Positions 50,423 to 61,468 of a DNA stretch of 64,000 bases are shown here, piece by piece. Within the stretch, counting starts at the first letter, position 1. Each line of letters begins with the position of its first letter. Where the stretch lies: positions 558,001 to 622,000 of the forward strand of contig CM075995.1 of assembly GCA_038087875.1 (NCBI GenBank), given 5' to 3'. The translations under genes were made by a program, and so were the position numbers. Source of the stretch: Malacoraja senta (lineage: Eukaryota). The notes under the pieces are model-generated. The model ran no database searches. It worked only from the letters and a program-made list of their open reading frames with translations, and was not told the DNA's origin.

Positions 50423-50546
50423 CTCATAGAAGCAGACCAAGAGCCTGTACATTAGTGCTACTGCCATCATTTTCTGAAGATCTTCGAGAGAGGTGTCCTC
50501 ATCGATTTCTTCAATGATGTAATTCAGTGCAAACTTGGAAAGATCT
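50423..50546 (-). CDS. FAM8A1: FAM8A1 coding exon 3 (DLSKFALNYIIEEIDEDTSLEDLQKMMAVALMYRLLVCFYE)
   Basis: IIEEIDEDTS.EDLQKMM..AL.YRLLVCFYE; 124 nt; phases fit the flanking exons. Confidence 0.96.
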
Positions 50547-50684
50547 CTGGGTATCACAACACAAAACAAAATGTTGAGTCAACAACTATTGCACTAACTC
50601 AGCTGTGCACGGCTACAAGCAGGACACGTTTCCAATGAATGGAAAAACAAACACCAACCCTCCACTCATCTGCAATAACAAGGG

Positions 50685-51057
50685 AGGCACAGTGGCGCAG
50701 CTGGTAAACCTGCTGCCTCACAGCGCCAGAGAAGCAGGTTCAATCCCAGCCTCCAGTGCAGTCCACGTGGAGTTTGCACATTCTCCCGTGACCTCGTGGG
50801 TTTCCACCAGGTGCTCTGGTTTCCTCCTACATCCTGAAGGCATGCATGTTTATACATTAATTATCCTCGGTTAATGAATGGCGGTGCTGGCTCGAAGGGC
50901 CAAATGGCCTCCTCCTGCACCTATTTTCTATGCTTCTATATGTTTCTAAATTGCTCCCAATGTGTAGAGAGTGGAAGAGAAAGTGGGCCGACTTAGAACT
51001 GTGCGAGCGGGTGATCGATGGTCGGTGGAGACTTAGTGGGTCTCTAAACTAAACTAG
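50685..51057 (+). mobile_element. HE1/V-SINE-like SINE with a CR1 tail inserted (about 50875-50948)
   Basis: ggcacagtggcgcagctggta head, ggttcaatcc B-box. Confidence 0.7.
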
Positions 51058-51424
51058 CATCTACAACACTTAAAGCATTTTCTGCTGCTATGTTCATGTG
51101 TGCGGGGATCGCTGGTCGGCGCTGACCTGGTGGGATGAAGGGCCTCTTATCTCTATACGAAACTAAAAAATGACATTTAAACAATTTGAGGAAATTAAAG
51201 AACAATGTGCTAAATAGGTATTAATCGCTCGACAAATTGTCCCTTGTGTGTGTGTGTGTGTGTGTGTAAGGTAGTGTTAATGTGTGGGGATCGCTGGTCA
51301 GCACAGACTATGTGGGCCAAAGGGCCTGTTTCCACACGGTATCTCTAAATAAACTAAATTGTGATAAAATGGCAAGGTGCTTTTCTGGCTGTTAAATTAA
51401 TTTTGATTCAATTTGCAGGATTAT

Positions 51425-51782
51425 ATTGAGATACAAGGTAATGGCAGAACAGTTAAACGAGTACTTTGGTTCCACCTTCACTACGGAAGACACAAACAAT
51501 CTCCCGGAAATACTAGGGGACCGAGGATCTAGTGGGAGGGAGGAACTGAAGGGAATCCACAGTAGTGGCAAAATGGTGTTAGGTAAACTGTTGGGACTGA
51601 AAGCAGATAAATCCCCAGGGCCTGACGGTCTGCATCCCAGAGTACTTAACGAGGTGGCCCTAGAAATCGTGGATGCATTGGTGATCATTTTCCAATGTTC
51701 TCTCAACTCTGGATCAGTTCCTGTGGACTGGATGGTAGCCAAGGTAACGCCACTTTTTAAGAAAGGAGAGTGAAAATGGGGA
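51425..51782 (+). mobile_element. CR1/HER1-like LINE, 5' portion of the copy split by the DIRS
   Basis: MAEQLNEYF...KSPGPDGLHPRVL..VA..IVD.L..IFQ.SL.SG.VP.DW..A.VTPLFKKG. Confidence 0.9.
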
Positions 51783-51845
51783 ATTTTACTTCGGAGTCAC
51801 GTGAGTGACTACGTGAAGAAGCCCCGTCCAGCCGCACACGCGTCA
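51783..51845 (+). repeat. DIRS left terminus (lE + left ITR)
   Basis: 51810-51845 is the exact reverse complement of 56659-56694; 51783-51819 is the reverse complement of 56429-56465. Confidence 0.93.
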
Positions 51846-52018
51846 TTATCAATCAGACGCATAGCGTTCATGACCGTGTGTGGAGGAGCAGGAGCTCCTC
51901 CAGCCGGTGAGTAAAACAAAAGTAAAACAAAAGTCGGAAGGTAAGTGGGTTACTTTTCACTTACAGGAGCGTTTCCTTCCCGTTTAGACTTGTTGGTGGA
52001 GCTCCACACAAGTTTATT

Positions 52019-53445
52019 ATGGAGAAATGGGAAGGAGAGGCGGCCAGGGACGCACCGTAGTAAAACCCCAGATCCTAAGGGTAGCAGGCGTCAGTCAGGG
52101 GAGTCAGTGGCAGCGAAGCCATTAACTCCCGTTGTGGTCGAATGTGCTGTTAAACCGCCACGGGCGGGCGCAAGGCTGAGAAAAAAAAAAAAAAACCGGC
52201 CCGACCTGTAGAGTCAGACCCGGAGATATGCCCTCCTCAGGCAGGAAAGAGTATTACACTGCAAGGGTCAAAAACGTTATAACTCCTTATGGTGCAGATG
52301 ATTTGTAAAGAACCCCACAGGAGGATTTAAGTCGGTGTTGGCCAATGAAGTATAGCACAGGAGGTGCCTTGGAACAGGCACAAGGGTGGCCTACAGGAGA
52401 GCCATCAGTGCCTGTGCAGAAACATTAAAGAGGTTGGCCTACAGGAGAGCCAGTGCCCAAAAATGCCAGAAAAAAGGCAAGTTATGTGTTGGCCTATTGG
52501 AGAGCCAGTACTAGAAATGCCTGAACAAAAGGCAGCACAAACGTGCAATGATAAATGCGCCAGCACCGACAAATATAAAGAGTAAAAATAATGAAGCGTT
52601 GGCCTAGAATTGAGCCAGCGCCAGCAGCACCTGAAGCAGGGCTGCCTGTCCATGGGCCTACAAGAGAGCCCGCGCAGGGGGAATCTGGCAGAGACTTACC
52701 TGAAACAGGGGAGCCAGATATTACCCAACATAAAAATGAATATCTAGATTTAGATGATGATTTAAATGAGGACCAGAGCCCATTATCAGAGCCAAAAATG
52801 TTCCAAGGCTGGCACAAAACTTTGCTGTTCCCAGAGTAACAGGGGAACCTTTGAGAGAGGAAATAGCTATGACTATAAATTATCTACTCTCCCATCAGCC
52901 CAGGAATTAACCATGGATGAGACTATCAAAAAATATGAGACCCGGGAAATTGTAGCAGTTACAGCAGTGAATAAACTTGATATGGGTAATTTGAGCAGTG
53001 GTTTACGCTCACAGGAATTGAAATTACACAAGTGCTGAAATTTTTGGGGTCAATGGTTTGGATGAAGGTTATATATCGTATTCACAACAAAATGTAGCAC
53101 TCATGTGTAGTGTGCACTTTGAAATAAATTGTATTCATAAAAATGCAATAAGACCAAATATTCATCCTAAATATGCAGGCTCTGCAAACCATGCAATATA
53201 CAAATGCCTAAATCTGTTTTGGAGAAAATCGAGCAAAGAAACTAAAGGATCACCTATGCTGAGCAGAGCGGTGAGAAGGCAGTATCCCTACAGGCGAAAT
53301 GTGGTGCTGGAGAAGGAACAATCCTATCATTCTCGTATACACGTTGACGTGCTGCACCGAGGATACGTGGAGGTTACAATGTGCCTACTAGAAGGGGACA
53401 ACAACTGCCGGTGGCAAACCCCGAGGTTAGGGGGCTTGGTCTGGT
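52019..53445 (+). pseudogene. DIRS gag-like ORF1 region, disrupted
   Basis: Position between the left ITR and RT; fragmentary ORFs with a Pro/Glu-rich 54-nt repeat; no strong motif recognised. Confidence 0.5.
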
Positions 53446-53477
53446 AAGAAACACAACAAATGTTTCACACTCACAAA

Positions 53478-54850
53478 TAGGGGGAAGGTTATGATTCTTC
53501 CTAAAAGAATGGCAATCAATAACAAATGATTCATTTATTCTATGTAGCATTGTAGGATTCAAAATTGAGTTCTCTCCACGTTTGGATCCTCCAATTCAGC
53601 ATAATTCAAACTGGTCACAGATTTTCTCAAAGGAAGAGAATGGGTTGATCAAAGGAGAATTGAAAAACTTTATGCAGAATAGGATGATATAAATGTCAGG
53701 AGAACACCATCAGTTTGTGTCAAATATTCTCCTAGGAATATTCTCCTAGAAAAGGGATGGTGGATATAGAATCATTTCCGATCTGACAAATCTTAACCTT
53801 TATGTACAATAGAAACATTTCAAAATGGAAACATTTACTAATGCCATTTAGCTAGTCACAAAGAATTGCTATAAGGCAAGCATAGATCTGCAAAATGCAT
53901 ATTATTCTGCTTGGTCTGATTTCAGCACCAAGATTATTCACTAAATTGCTCAAACCAAATTTTAGCTCTGTTAAGAGCTGAGGGCCATGTATTAATGGCT
54001 TATTTAGATGATATCCTCATTGTAGGGGACACTTTGGCTGCTGCAAAATTGTCAGTATCCAGAGTCAAATACATTTTGAGAAATTAGGTTTCATTATTCA
54101 CCTACAAAAATCTAAATTGTTACCAAGCAAAAAGATTGATTACCTAGGGTTCACAATTAACTCCGAACACATGGTAATCACTTTGCCAAAAGATAAAAAG
54201 CTGCAGTTAATTGAAGGTTGCATAAAACCCATTAACGAGGACACACCTTCAATTAGAGAAGTGGCAAGTTTGCTAGGCAAATTAATTGCAGGGTTTCCAG
54301 CGGTCACGTTTGGACCATTGCATTATCAATGTTTACAGAGAGCTAAGGTACAAGCATTAAAAATGAATAGAGGGCATTTTGATAGGCCCATGAAATTAAC
54401 AATTCAATCCATTACAGAAATAGAATGGTGGATTAACAATGTTTCTAATGCTTCCAGAAAAGTTCTGGTAGAAACACCTTCCGTCACTCTACAGACTGAT
54501 GTAAGTGTGCTGAGTTGGGGCGCTACTAACATGATTTCCAGCTGTGGAGGTAGGTGGAATGTGAATGAAGTACCTTTGCTGGAAAATCTGGGAATCAATT
54601 ATCTAGAGCTATTAGGCGCATTTTACGGCCTTAGAGCTTATTGCACTGATATGGGAAATGTGCATGTTCAGGTACAGGTTGACAATACTACAGCTGTAGC
54701 ATACATAAATCACATGGGTGGTATAAAATCAGAATCATGTGATAAATTGGCAAATGAAATTTGGACCTGGGGTATTGCCAGAAAAATTTGGCTGTCAGCA
54801 ATATATTTACCAGGTAAAAATTAATACAATTGCAGACAAAAGATCACGTA
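53478..54850 (+). pseudogene. DIRS reverse transcriptase + RNase H, with stops, frameshifts and an internal deletion
   Basis: IGGRL..FLKEWQ.IT; KHFKME; IDLQNAYY; APRLFTKLLKP; YLDDILIVG at 54001; RNase H LQTD..INYLEL..VDNTTAVAYINHMGG. Confidence 0.92.
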
Positions 54851-55284
54851 AATTTAATGATAATACAGAATGGATGTTAAATCGGAAAATATTCACACAA
54901 ATTATCAAACAATTTGGAATGCCAGAAAGTGATCTGGTTGCATCAAGATTGAACCACCAGTTGACTAAGTATGTGTCATGGGAACCTGATCCTGGAGCAG
55001 TAGTGGTGGATGCTTTCTCGCTACATTGGGGTGGTATGTTTCTGTATGCTTTTCCACCATTTTGTTTAATCCACAAATGCATACAGAAAATTAAACAAGA
55101 TTCAAGCCTCAGGGATTTTGGTAGTACCAGATTGGCCTACACAGGTATGGTACCCACTGGTGTTAAAAATGATCAAAAACCCCCTTATGGTTATTCCAAA
55201 GCAGATTGAACTGCTTGTACACCCTGTGACTAATGAATCACATCCTTTACATAATCGTATTGGTTTGTTGATTTGCAGATTCTA
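54851..55284 (+). pseudogene. DIRS DNA N6-adenine methyltransferase-like (MT) domain
   Basis: EWML...DL(F/V)ASRLN.QL..YVSW.PDP.A..VDAFS..W....YAFPPF following RNase H, as in DIRS1 elements. Confidence 0.8.
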
Positions 55285-56263
55285 AGAAGGCATATCTTGG
55301 AAAAGGATTATCAGACCGTACGGTGGAGGTTATGACAGCAGCCTGGAGGAATAGTACCCAGAAGCAGTACATTTCCTATATAAAGAAATGGGAGGTGTTT
55401 TGTTCAGGAAAGAATATTGCATATAACACAGTAGAAATTTCAGATGTAATAGAGTTTCTTTCAACTCTACACTATGAATTGAAATTAAGTTATAGTGCAA
55501 TTAATACTGCACGAAGTGCACTCTCTGCATATTTAAGCAGTGAATCAGAACAAACTCCAATTGGAGAACATCCTTGGGTCTGTAGGTTTATGAAAGGAAT
55601 TTCAACTCTAATCCTCCCAGACCCAGGTATACAGAAATTTCGAATGTAAAAGATGTACTGATGTTCCTAAGGAGTTGGAATCCAGTTGAAACCCTGTCAT
55701 TATCCAAAATTACCATGAAATTGGTTATGCTCATGGCATTAGTTTCAGCGCAGAGAGTTCAAACATTACAGAAACTCAGAATTGATAGAATGAAAGTAGG
55801 GCAAAATGCCGTGACATTCTGTCTATGATTTACTGAAGCAAAGTAGACCTGGGTCCACAGGATGCAAGTTGGAATTTTTAGCATTACCTACAGATTCACG
55901 ACTGTGTGTAGTAACGTATGTGAAATGTTACATAGAAACAACAAAAGTTTTAAGAGGCGCCGAATTGGCATTTTCTATTAGTCATAAAAAGCCTCATAAG
56001 AAAGTATCAACACAAACAATTTCACGATGGTTGAAACAGGTGTTGAGATATTCAGGTATTGATACTGATAAATTTAAATCTCATTCCACGAGGGCGGCAT
56101 CAACATCAGCGGCCAGGGATTCAGCGTGCCAATAGACCTTATTCTCGCGGCCGCAGGATGGGCAAGTGAACAGATGTTTCACAAGTATTACCACAAGGAG
56201 ATTAAAGATCTCAGAGGGTTTGGTGATGCCGTGCTGGATACAGTATTAAATCCCCCATTATAA
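55281..56263 (+). pseudogene. DIRS tyrosine recombinase, frameshifted
   Basis: AWR.STQKQY N-terminal domain; LMALVSAQRVQTL (catalytic R); FKSHSTRAASTS (HxxR); ILAAAGW...FHKYY (catalytic Y). Confidence 0.92.
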
Positions 56264-56428
56264 ATGGGCCTAATTTTAGTTATTTTTATTAAAATAAATA
56301 AAACCATTACCTGATTACATTCAAATGTTGAGGTTATGCATTGTTGATTGTGCTTACTCAAATAGAGTCAATCGATGCAGTGAACACCTGGATTTGAATC
56401 CACGGTGTGAAATCACAGAGCTTTGAAA

Positions 56429-56542
56429 TCTTCACGTAGTCACTCACGTGACTCCGAAGTAAAATAGTAAGATTAAACGAGAACTTACCAAGTTTGAAGT
56501 TTGATCTTTATTTTATGAGGAGTAACGTTGAGGGATTACGTG
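56429..56542 (+). repeat. DIRS internal complementary region (ICR)
   Basis: 56429-56465 = reverse complement of the left end; 56463-56542 = reverse complement of 56689-56768 with one mismatch. Confidence 0.93.
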
Positions 56543-56658
56543 CCCTCCGCTCCCACCCTCATAAAAGGATCAAGCTGGTAGTTCTAAGTCTTTATGCATC
56601 TTACTATCATACTTCAGTAATTATCGTCTGTGATTGTCACTCCGCTGCTTTGAAAGAT

Positions 56659-56768
56659 TGACGCGTGTGCGGCTGGACGGGGCTTCTTCACGTAATCCCT
56701 CAACGTTACTCCTCATAAAATAAAGATCAAACTTCAACCTTGGTAAGTTCTCGTTTAATCTTACTATT
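56659..56768 (+). repeat. DIRS right terminus (right ITR + rE extension)
   Basis: ITR and ICR complementarity described above. Confidence 0.93.
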
Positions 56769-58120
56769 AAAGACCAGTTATCCTTACATCGGTAGTGGAG
56801 AAGATGCTGGAGTCGATTATTAAAGATGTTATAGCAGTGCATTTGGAAAGCAGTGACAGGATCGGTCAAAGTCAGCATGGATTTATGATGGGGAAATCAT
56901 GCTTGACTAATATTTTGGATTTTTTTGAGACTGTAACAAGTAGAATGGATAAGGGAGAGTGAGTGGATGTGGTGTATCTGGACTTTCAAAAAGCCTTTGA
57001 CAAGGTCCCACACATGAGATTAGTGTGCAAAATTAGAGCACATGGTATTGGGGGTAGGGTATTGACATGGATAGAGAACTGGTTGGCAGACAGGAAGCAA
57101 AGAGTAGGAATTAACGGGTCCTTTTCAGAATAGCAGGCAGTGACTAGTGGGGTGCCGCAAGGCTGTGTTGGGACCCCAGTTGTTTACAATCTATATATAT
57201 TAACCAATTAGACAAGGGAATTAAATGTAACATCTCTAAGTTTGCGGATGACACAAAGCTGGGTGGCAGCGTGAGCTGCGAGGAGGATGCTATGAGGCTG
57301 CAGGGTGACTTGGATAGGTTGGGTGAGTGGGCAGAAGCATGGCAAATACAGTATAATGTGGATAAATGTGAGGTTATCCACTTTGGTGGCAGGAACAGGA
57401 AGGCAGATTATTATCTGAATGGTGTCAGATTAGGAGAAGGGGAGGTGCAACAAGACCTGGGTGTACATCAGTCACTGAAAGAATGCATGCAGGTATAGTA
57501 GGCAGTGAAAAAAGCAAATGGCATGTTGGCCTTCATTGCGAGAAGATTTGAGTTTAGGAGCAAGGAGGTCCTGCTGCAGGGCCCTGCTGAGACCACATCT
57601 GGAGTATTGTGTGTAATTTTGGTCTCCTAATTTGAGGAAGGACATTCGTGCTATTGAGGGAGTGCAGCGTAGGTTCACAGGATAATTCCCAGGATGGCGG
57701 GACTGATAAATGATGAAAGAATGGGTCGATTGGGCTTGTATTCACTGGAATTTAGAAGGATTAAAGGGGATCTTATAGAAACATAAAAATTCATAGAGGA
57801 TTGGACGGGGTAGATGCAGGAAAAATGTTCCTGATGTTGGGGGAGTCCAGAACCAGGGGTCACAGTTTAAGAATAAGGGGAAGTCCATTTAGGACAGATG
57901 AGAAAAAACTTTTTCACTCAGAGAGTTAGGAATCTGTGGAGTGGAGGCCAATTCACTGGATGTGTTCAAGAGAGAGTTAGATTTAGCTCTTAGGGCAAAG
58001 GGGAATCAAGGGATATGAGGGTACTGATTTTGTATGATCAGCCATGATCATATTGAATGGAGGTGCTGGCTCGAAGGGCCGAATGGCCTACTCTTGCACC
58101 TATTTTCTATGATTCTATTA
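56769..58120 (+). mobile_element. CR1/HER1-like LINE, 3' portion (RT + 3' tail) of the same split copy
   Basis: Resumes at (NY)RPV.LTSVV.K; QHGF; [12 protein letters not shown]; FADDTK; ends in the CR1 3' tail. Confidence 0.9.
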
Positions 58121-58130
58121 TTGTTGCTTT

Positions 58131-58450
58131 AGTCCAGAACCAGGGGTCACAGTTTAAGAAAGGGGTAGGCCATTTAGGACTGAGATGAAGAAAAACATAT
58201 TCAGCCAGACAGTTGTGAATCTGTGGAATTCTCTGCCACAGAAGGCACTGGAGGCCAATTCATTGGATGTTTTCAAGAGAGAGTTAGATTTAACTTAGGG
58301 CTAAAAAATCAATGGATATGGGGAAAAAGCAGGAACGGGGTACTGATTTTACATGATTGATTAGCCATGATCATATTGAATGGCAGTGCTGGCTCGACGG
58401 GCCGAATGGCCTAAATCTGCACCTATTTATCTGTTTTTTTCTATGTTTCA
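58131..58450 (+). mobile_element. Second CR1 3' end in tandem
   Basis: Repeats agtccagaaccaggggtcacag through the tail seen at 57844-58120. Confidence 0.8.
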
Positions 58451-58799
58451 AAAATGTTTAATATGTTAAAGAAGATCAAAACGTCACAAAGTTAATAATT
58501 AAGCAGTGCTAACTCACAACCCAAATCAGAAGTTATTTTCCAAGTTAGTTTAAACAAAGCTTCTGCGGTGCCCAATGAAATTGGCAACTTTTAATGTCAC
58601 AATGTTTCACGTGATCAATAAATAAATAATTTTGAGTTGAAAATAGCTCCCAAATGGAATTAACAAAAGCTGCAGAAACTGTGCAGAGTTCTAAAAATAT
58701 TGTTCTGAGGATTTTAAAGATTTGCTTTCCCCCACACAACAAAAAAATGACCCAAAGAGAAAATCAATCAGTGTGGCATTGCTTGTTTTCTCTACCTCT

Positions 58800-59517
58800 G
58801 TGTAGTGTTAGAGAGCAGAGGGACGCAGGAGTGCATGTGTATAGTTCCTTGAGGGTGGAGACGCAGGTAGATAGGGTGGTCAAAAAGGCATTTGGCCCAT
58901 TGGCCTTCATCAGTCAGAGTATTGAGTTTAGAGTTGTGGCAGTAGTGTAAAACATTGGTGATGCCGGATTTAGAGCACTGTGTTCAGTTCTGGGCACCGT
59001 GTTATAGGAAAGATGTTGTCAGGCTGGAACGGGTGCAGAGACGATTTACGAGGATGTTGTCAGGGCTAGGGGGTGTGAGCGAGCTACAGGCAGAGGTTGA
59101 GTCGGCTGGGACTCTATTCCTTGGAGTGCAGGAGGATGAGGGGTGACCTTATCGAGGTGTATAAGATCATGAGAGGAATTGATCCATGACCCTAGACGCA
59201 CAGAGTCTCTTGCCCAGAGTAGAGGAATCGAGGACAAGAGGGCAGGTTTAAGGTGATGGGGAAAAGATTTAATAGGAATCTGAGGGGTAATGTTTTCACA
59301 CAAAGGGTGGTGAGTGTATGGAACAAGTTGCCAGGGAAGGTAGTTGAGGCTGGGACTATCCCAACGTTTAAGAAACAGTTAGACAGGTACATGGAAAGAA
59401 CAGGTTTAGAGGGATATGGACCAAACAGGGGCAGGTGGGACTTGGGTAGCTGGGACATGTCGGTGTGGGCAAGTTGGGCCGAAGGGCCTGTTTCAATACT
59501 ATCACTTTATGACTATA
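58800..59517 (+). mobile_element. CR1/HER1-like LINE 3' fragment
   Basis: [10 protein letters not shown]...[11 protein letters not shown]; FTQRVVSVWNKLP; tail gggccgaagggcctgttt. Confidence 0.85.
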
Positions 59518-59887
59518 ACTGCAGATGTTGGTTTATACTTGGGATAGCCACAAAGTGCTGGAGTACCTTAGCCGGTCAGGCAGCATCTCTGGAGAAGAAT
59601 GGGTGACGTTTCGGGTCGGGATTCCTTTCTTCAAAATGGGACTCGGGTTGAGAGGAATATGGGCCAAACATGGGCAAAGGAGACCAGATTAAAGGGGGCA
59701 TCTTGGTCGGCATGGACCGAAGGGCCCTTTCCCATGCGGTACAACTTCATGACAACAACAATTTGCTTTCTGCATGAAATCATATCTCCAGCGACAAAAC
59801 ATGACCAAGGTTTGAAGCGACTGCATGTCATATGATACGCTGTCGATTACGTGTCACTTGGTTTAACTCAGCTGACATTTATTGGCA

Positions 59888-60375
59888 ACATCACACAAAC
59901 CAACTTCCCTTCCATTGACTCCATTTATACCTCACGCTGCCTCAGCAAGGCCAGCAGCATAATCAAGGACGAGTCGCACCCTGGCCACCCCCTCTTCTCC
60001 CCTCTCCCAGCAGGCAAGTACAGAAGTGTGAAAACGCACACCTCCAGATTCAGGGACAGTTTCTTCCTAGCTGTTATCAGGCAGCCGGACCATCCTATGA
60101 ACAACCAGAGAGCAGTCCTAAGCTACTGTCTACCTCTTTAATCAGACTTTACCTCATAGGTTCATAAGTGATAGGAGCAGAATTAGGCCATTCGGCCCAT
60201 AAAGTCTACCCTGCTTCAATCAAGGCTGATCTATCTTACATGATACATTATTCCGTTTATCATGTATCTGTACACTTTGGCTCAATTGCAATCATGTATA
60301 TATAGTTTTTACGCTGACTAGTTAGCACGCAACAAAAAGCTTTTCACTGCACCTTGGTACATGTGACAATAAACT
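59888..60375 (+). mobile_element. Rex1/Babar-like LINE 3' end, with a short CR1 tail inserted
   Basis: IYTSRCLSKASSIIKDESHPGHPLFSPLP...TSRFRDSFF. Confidence 0.75.
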
Positions 60376-60909
60376 GCAGGTGTTTAGCATTTGTTAGCGG
60401 GAGCTAATCGGCTTCCATTCTTTAGTAGATACTGGTAGCATAGGTGGTGAGAGCAGGTATTGAGAGGGGTTATTCTGGGACGCCAGAACCAACTGTTGGA
60501 GTCTTCCTGAGGTGTCGCGGGCCTAACTCTACGACACACCAGTGTAGGAAGGTGCCCACTTGATAACCCCAGCATCTACACAATTATTATTGCATCTACA
60601 CAATTATTATTATTTTTTTTAAAGAGCTAGTTAATATGTAGGTAGCTGTTTTTTTGCATACAGTTATTTATTGTAAGATGGTATATGTAGTTCGATAGTA
60701 CTTTGGCTTTGGGCTTGGTTGAACGCTTATCCTGGAGTTAAAGCAAGTACTTGTCTACCTTCGATTTTCCAGCATCTGCAGTTCCTTCTTGAACATTAAA
60801 GCAAGTGCTTTGCGTTTTCATTGTAATTTGCTGCATTTTAACAACCGACTTACGTACAAAAACACACACAGCAACACACTGATTCAAATTAGATGTATCT
60901 GTCACTTAC

Positions 60910-61030
60910 TTGATGCCACAGAAGTGCATTACGGCCAACACCACCACAGCTTTCAGCAGGAACAGGATTAGGAAATCCACCATCTCGGCGAGGAATCGAT
61001 GCATCAGTGATGGGATGGTATACTCGCGAC
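60910..61030 (-). CDS. FAM8A1: FAM8A1 coding exon 2 (REYTIPSLMHRFLAEMVDFLILFLLKAVVVLAVMHFCGIK)
   Basis: Start of the RDD domain (REY.IPSL.HRF.AEMVDF); AAG acceptor and GTAAGT donor; 121 nt; exon 1 lies beyond the right edge. Confidence 0.94.
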
Positions 61031-61468
61031 CTTGAGGAGACAAAGAGCTTCACTTTTAGTAACAGTTTTGATAGGGAGAAAACACATCCAGAGGAGTCAG
61101 CTGCACTTGGGGAGGTCTAGACTGATACAGTATTAAGGATGAGGCTCCGAGTAGTTAGGAGCTGCACGGCGGCGCATTGGTAGATTTGCACACTTTATAA
61201 TGCCAGAGACCCGGATTCAATCATGACCACGGTGTATGTAACAAGCTGCCAGAGGAGGTAGTTGAGGCTGGGACTATTCCATCGTTTAAGAAACAGGAAG
61301 ACAGGTACATGGATAGGACAGGTTTGGAAGGATATAGACCAAATGCAGGCAGGTGGGACGAGTGTAGCTGGGATATGTTGGCCGGCGTGGGCAAGTTGGG
61401 CCGGTTTCCACACAGTATGACTATGTGACATTTCGAGTCGAGACCCTTCTTCAGACTTTCCCCAGTAA

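Larger units (their letters stand above)
51783..56768 (+). mobile_element. DIRS1-type tyrosine-recombinase retrotransposon, full length, ORFs decayed
   Basis: 36-nt perfect ITRs (51810-51845 / 56659-56694); ICR at 56429-56542 complementary to both ends; RT (YLDD), RNase H, MT and YR (HSTR) remnants in canonical order. Confidence 0.95.

Noticed and set aside
52335-52680. Repeat-spacer-like pattern resembling a CRISPR array
   Set aside because: The repeats are short, degenerate and codon-phased, lie inside a eukaryotic retroelement, and have no cas genes nearby
55281-56263. Prophage or bacterial integrase plus methylase (contamination or horizontal transfer)
   Set aside because: The domains lie in canonical DIRS1 order between ITR/ICR termini, within a vertebrate intron
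18595-60806. Shared Penelope target motif (ACTTRCTT) in three TSDs
   Set aside because: Orientation is inconsistent and other copies (7118, 11158, 39759) lack it; too few sites to claim
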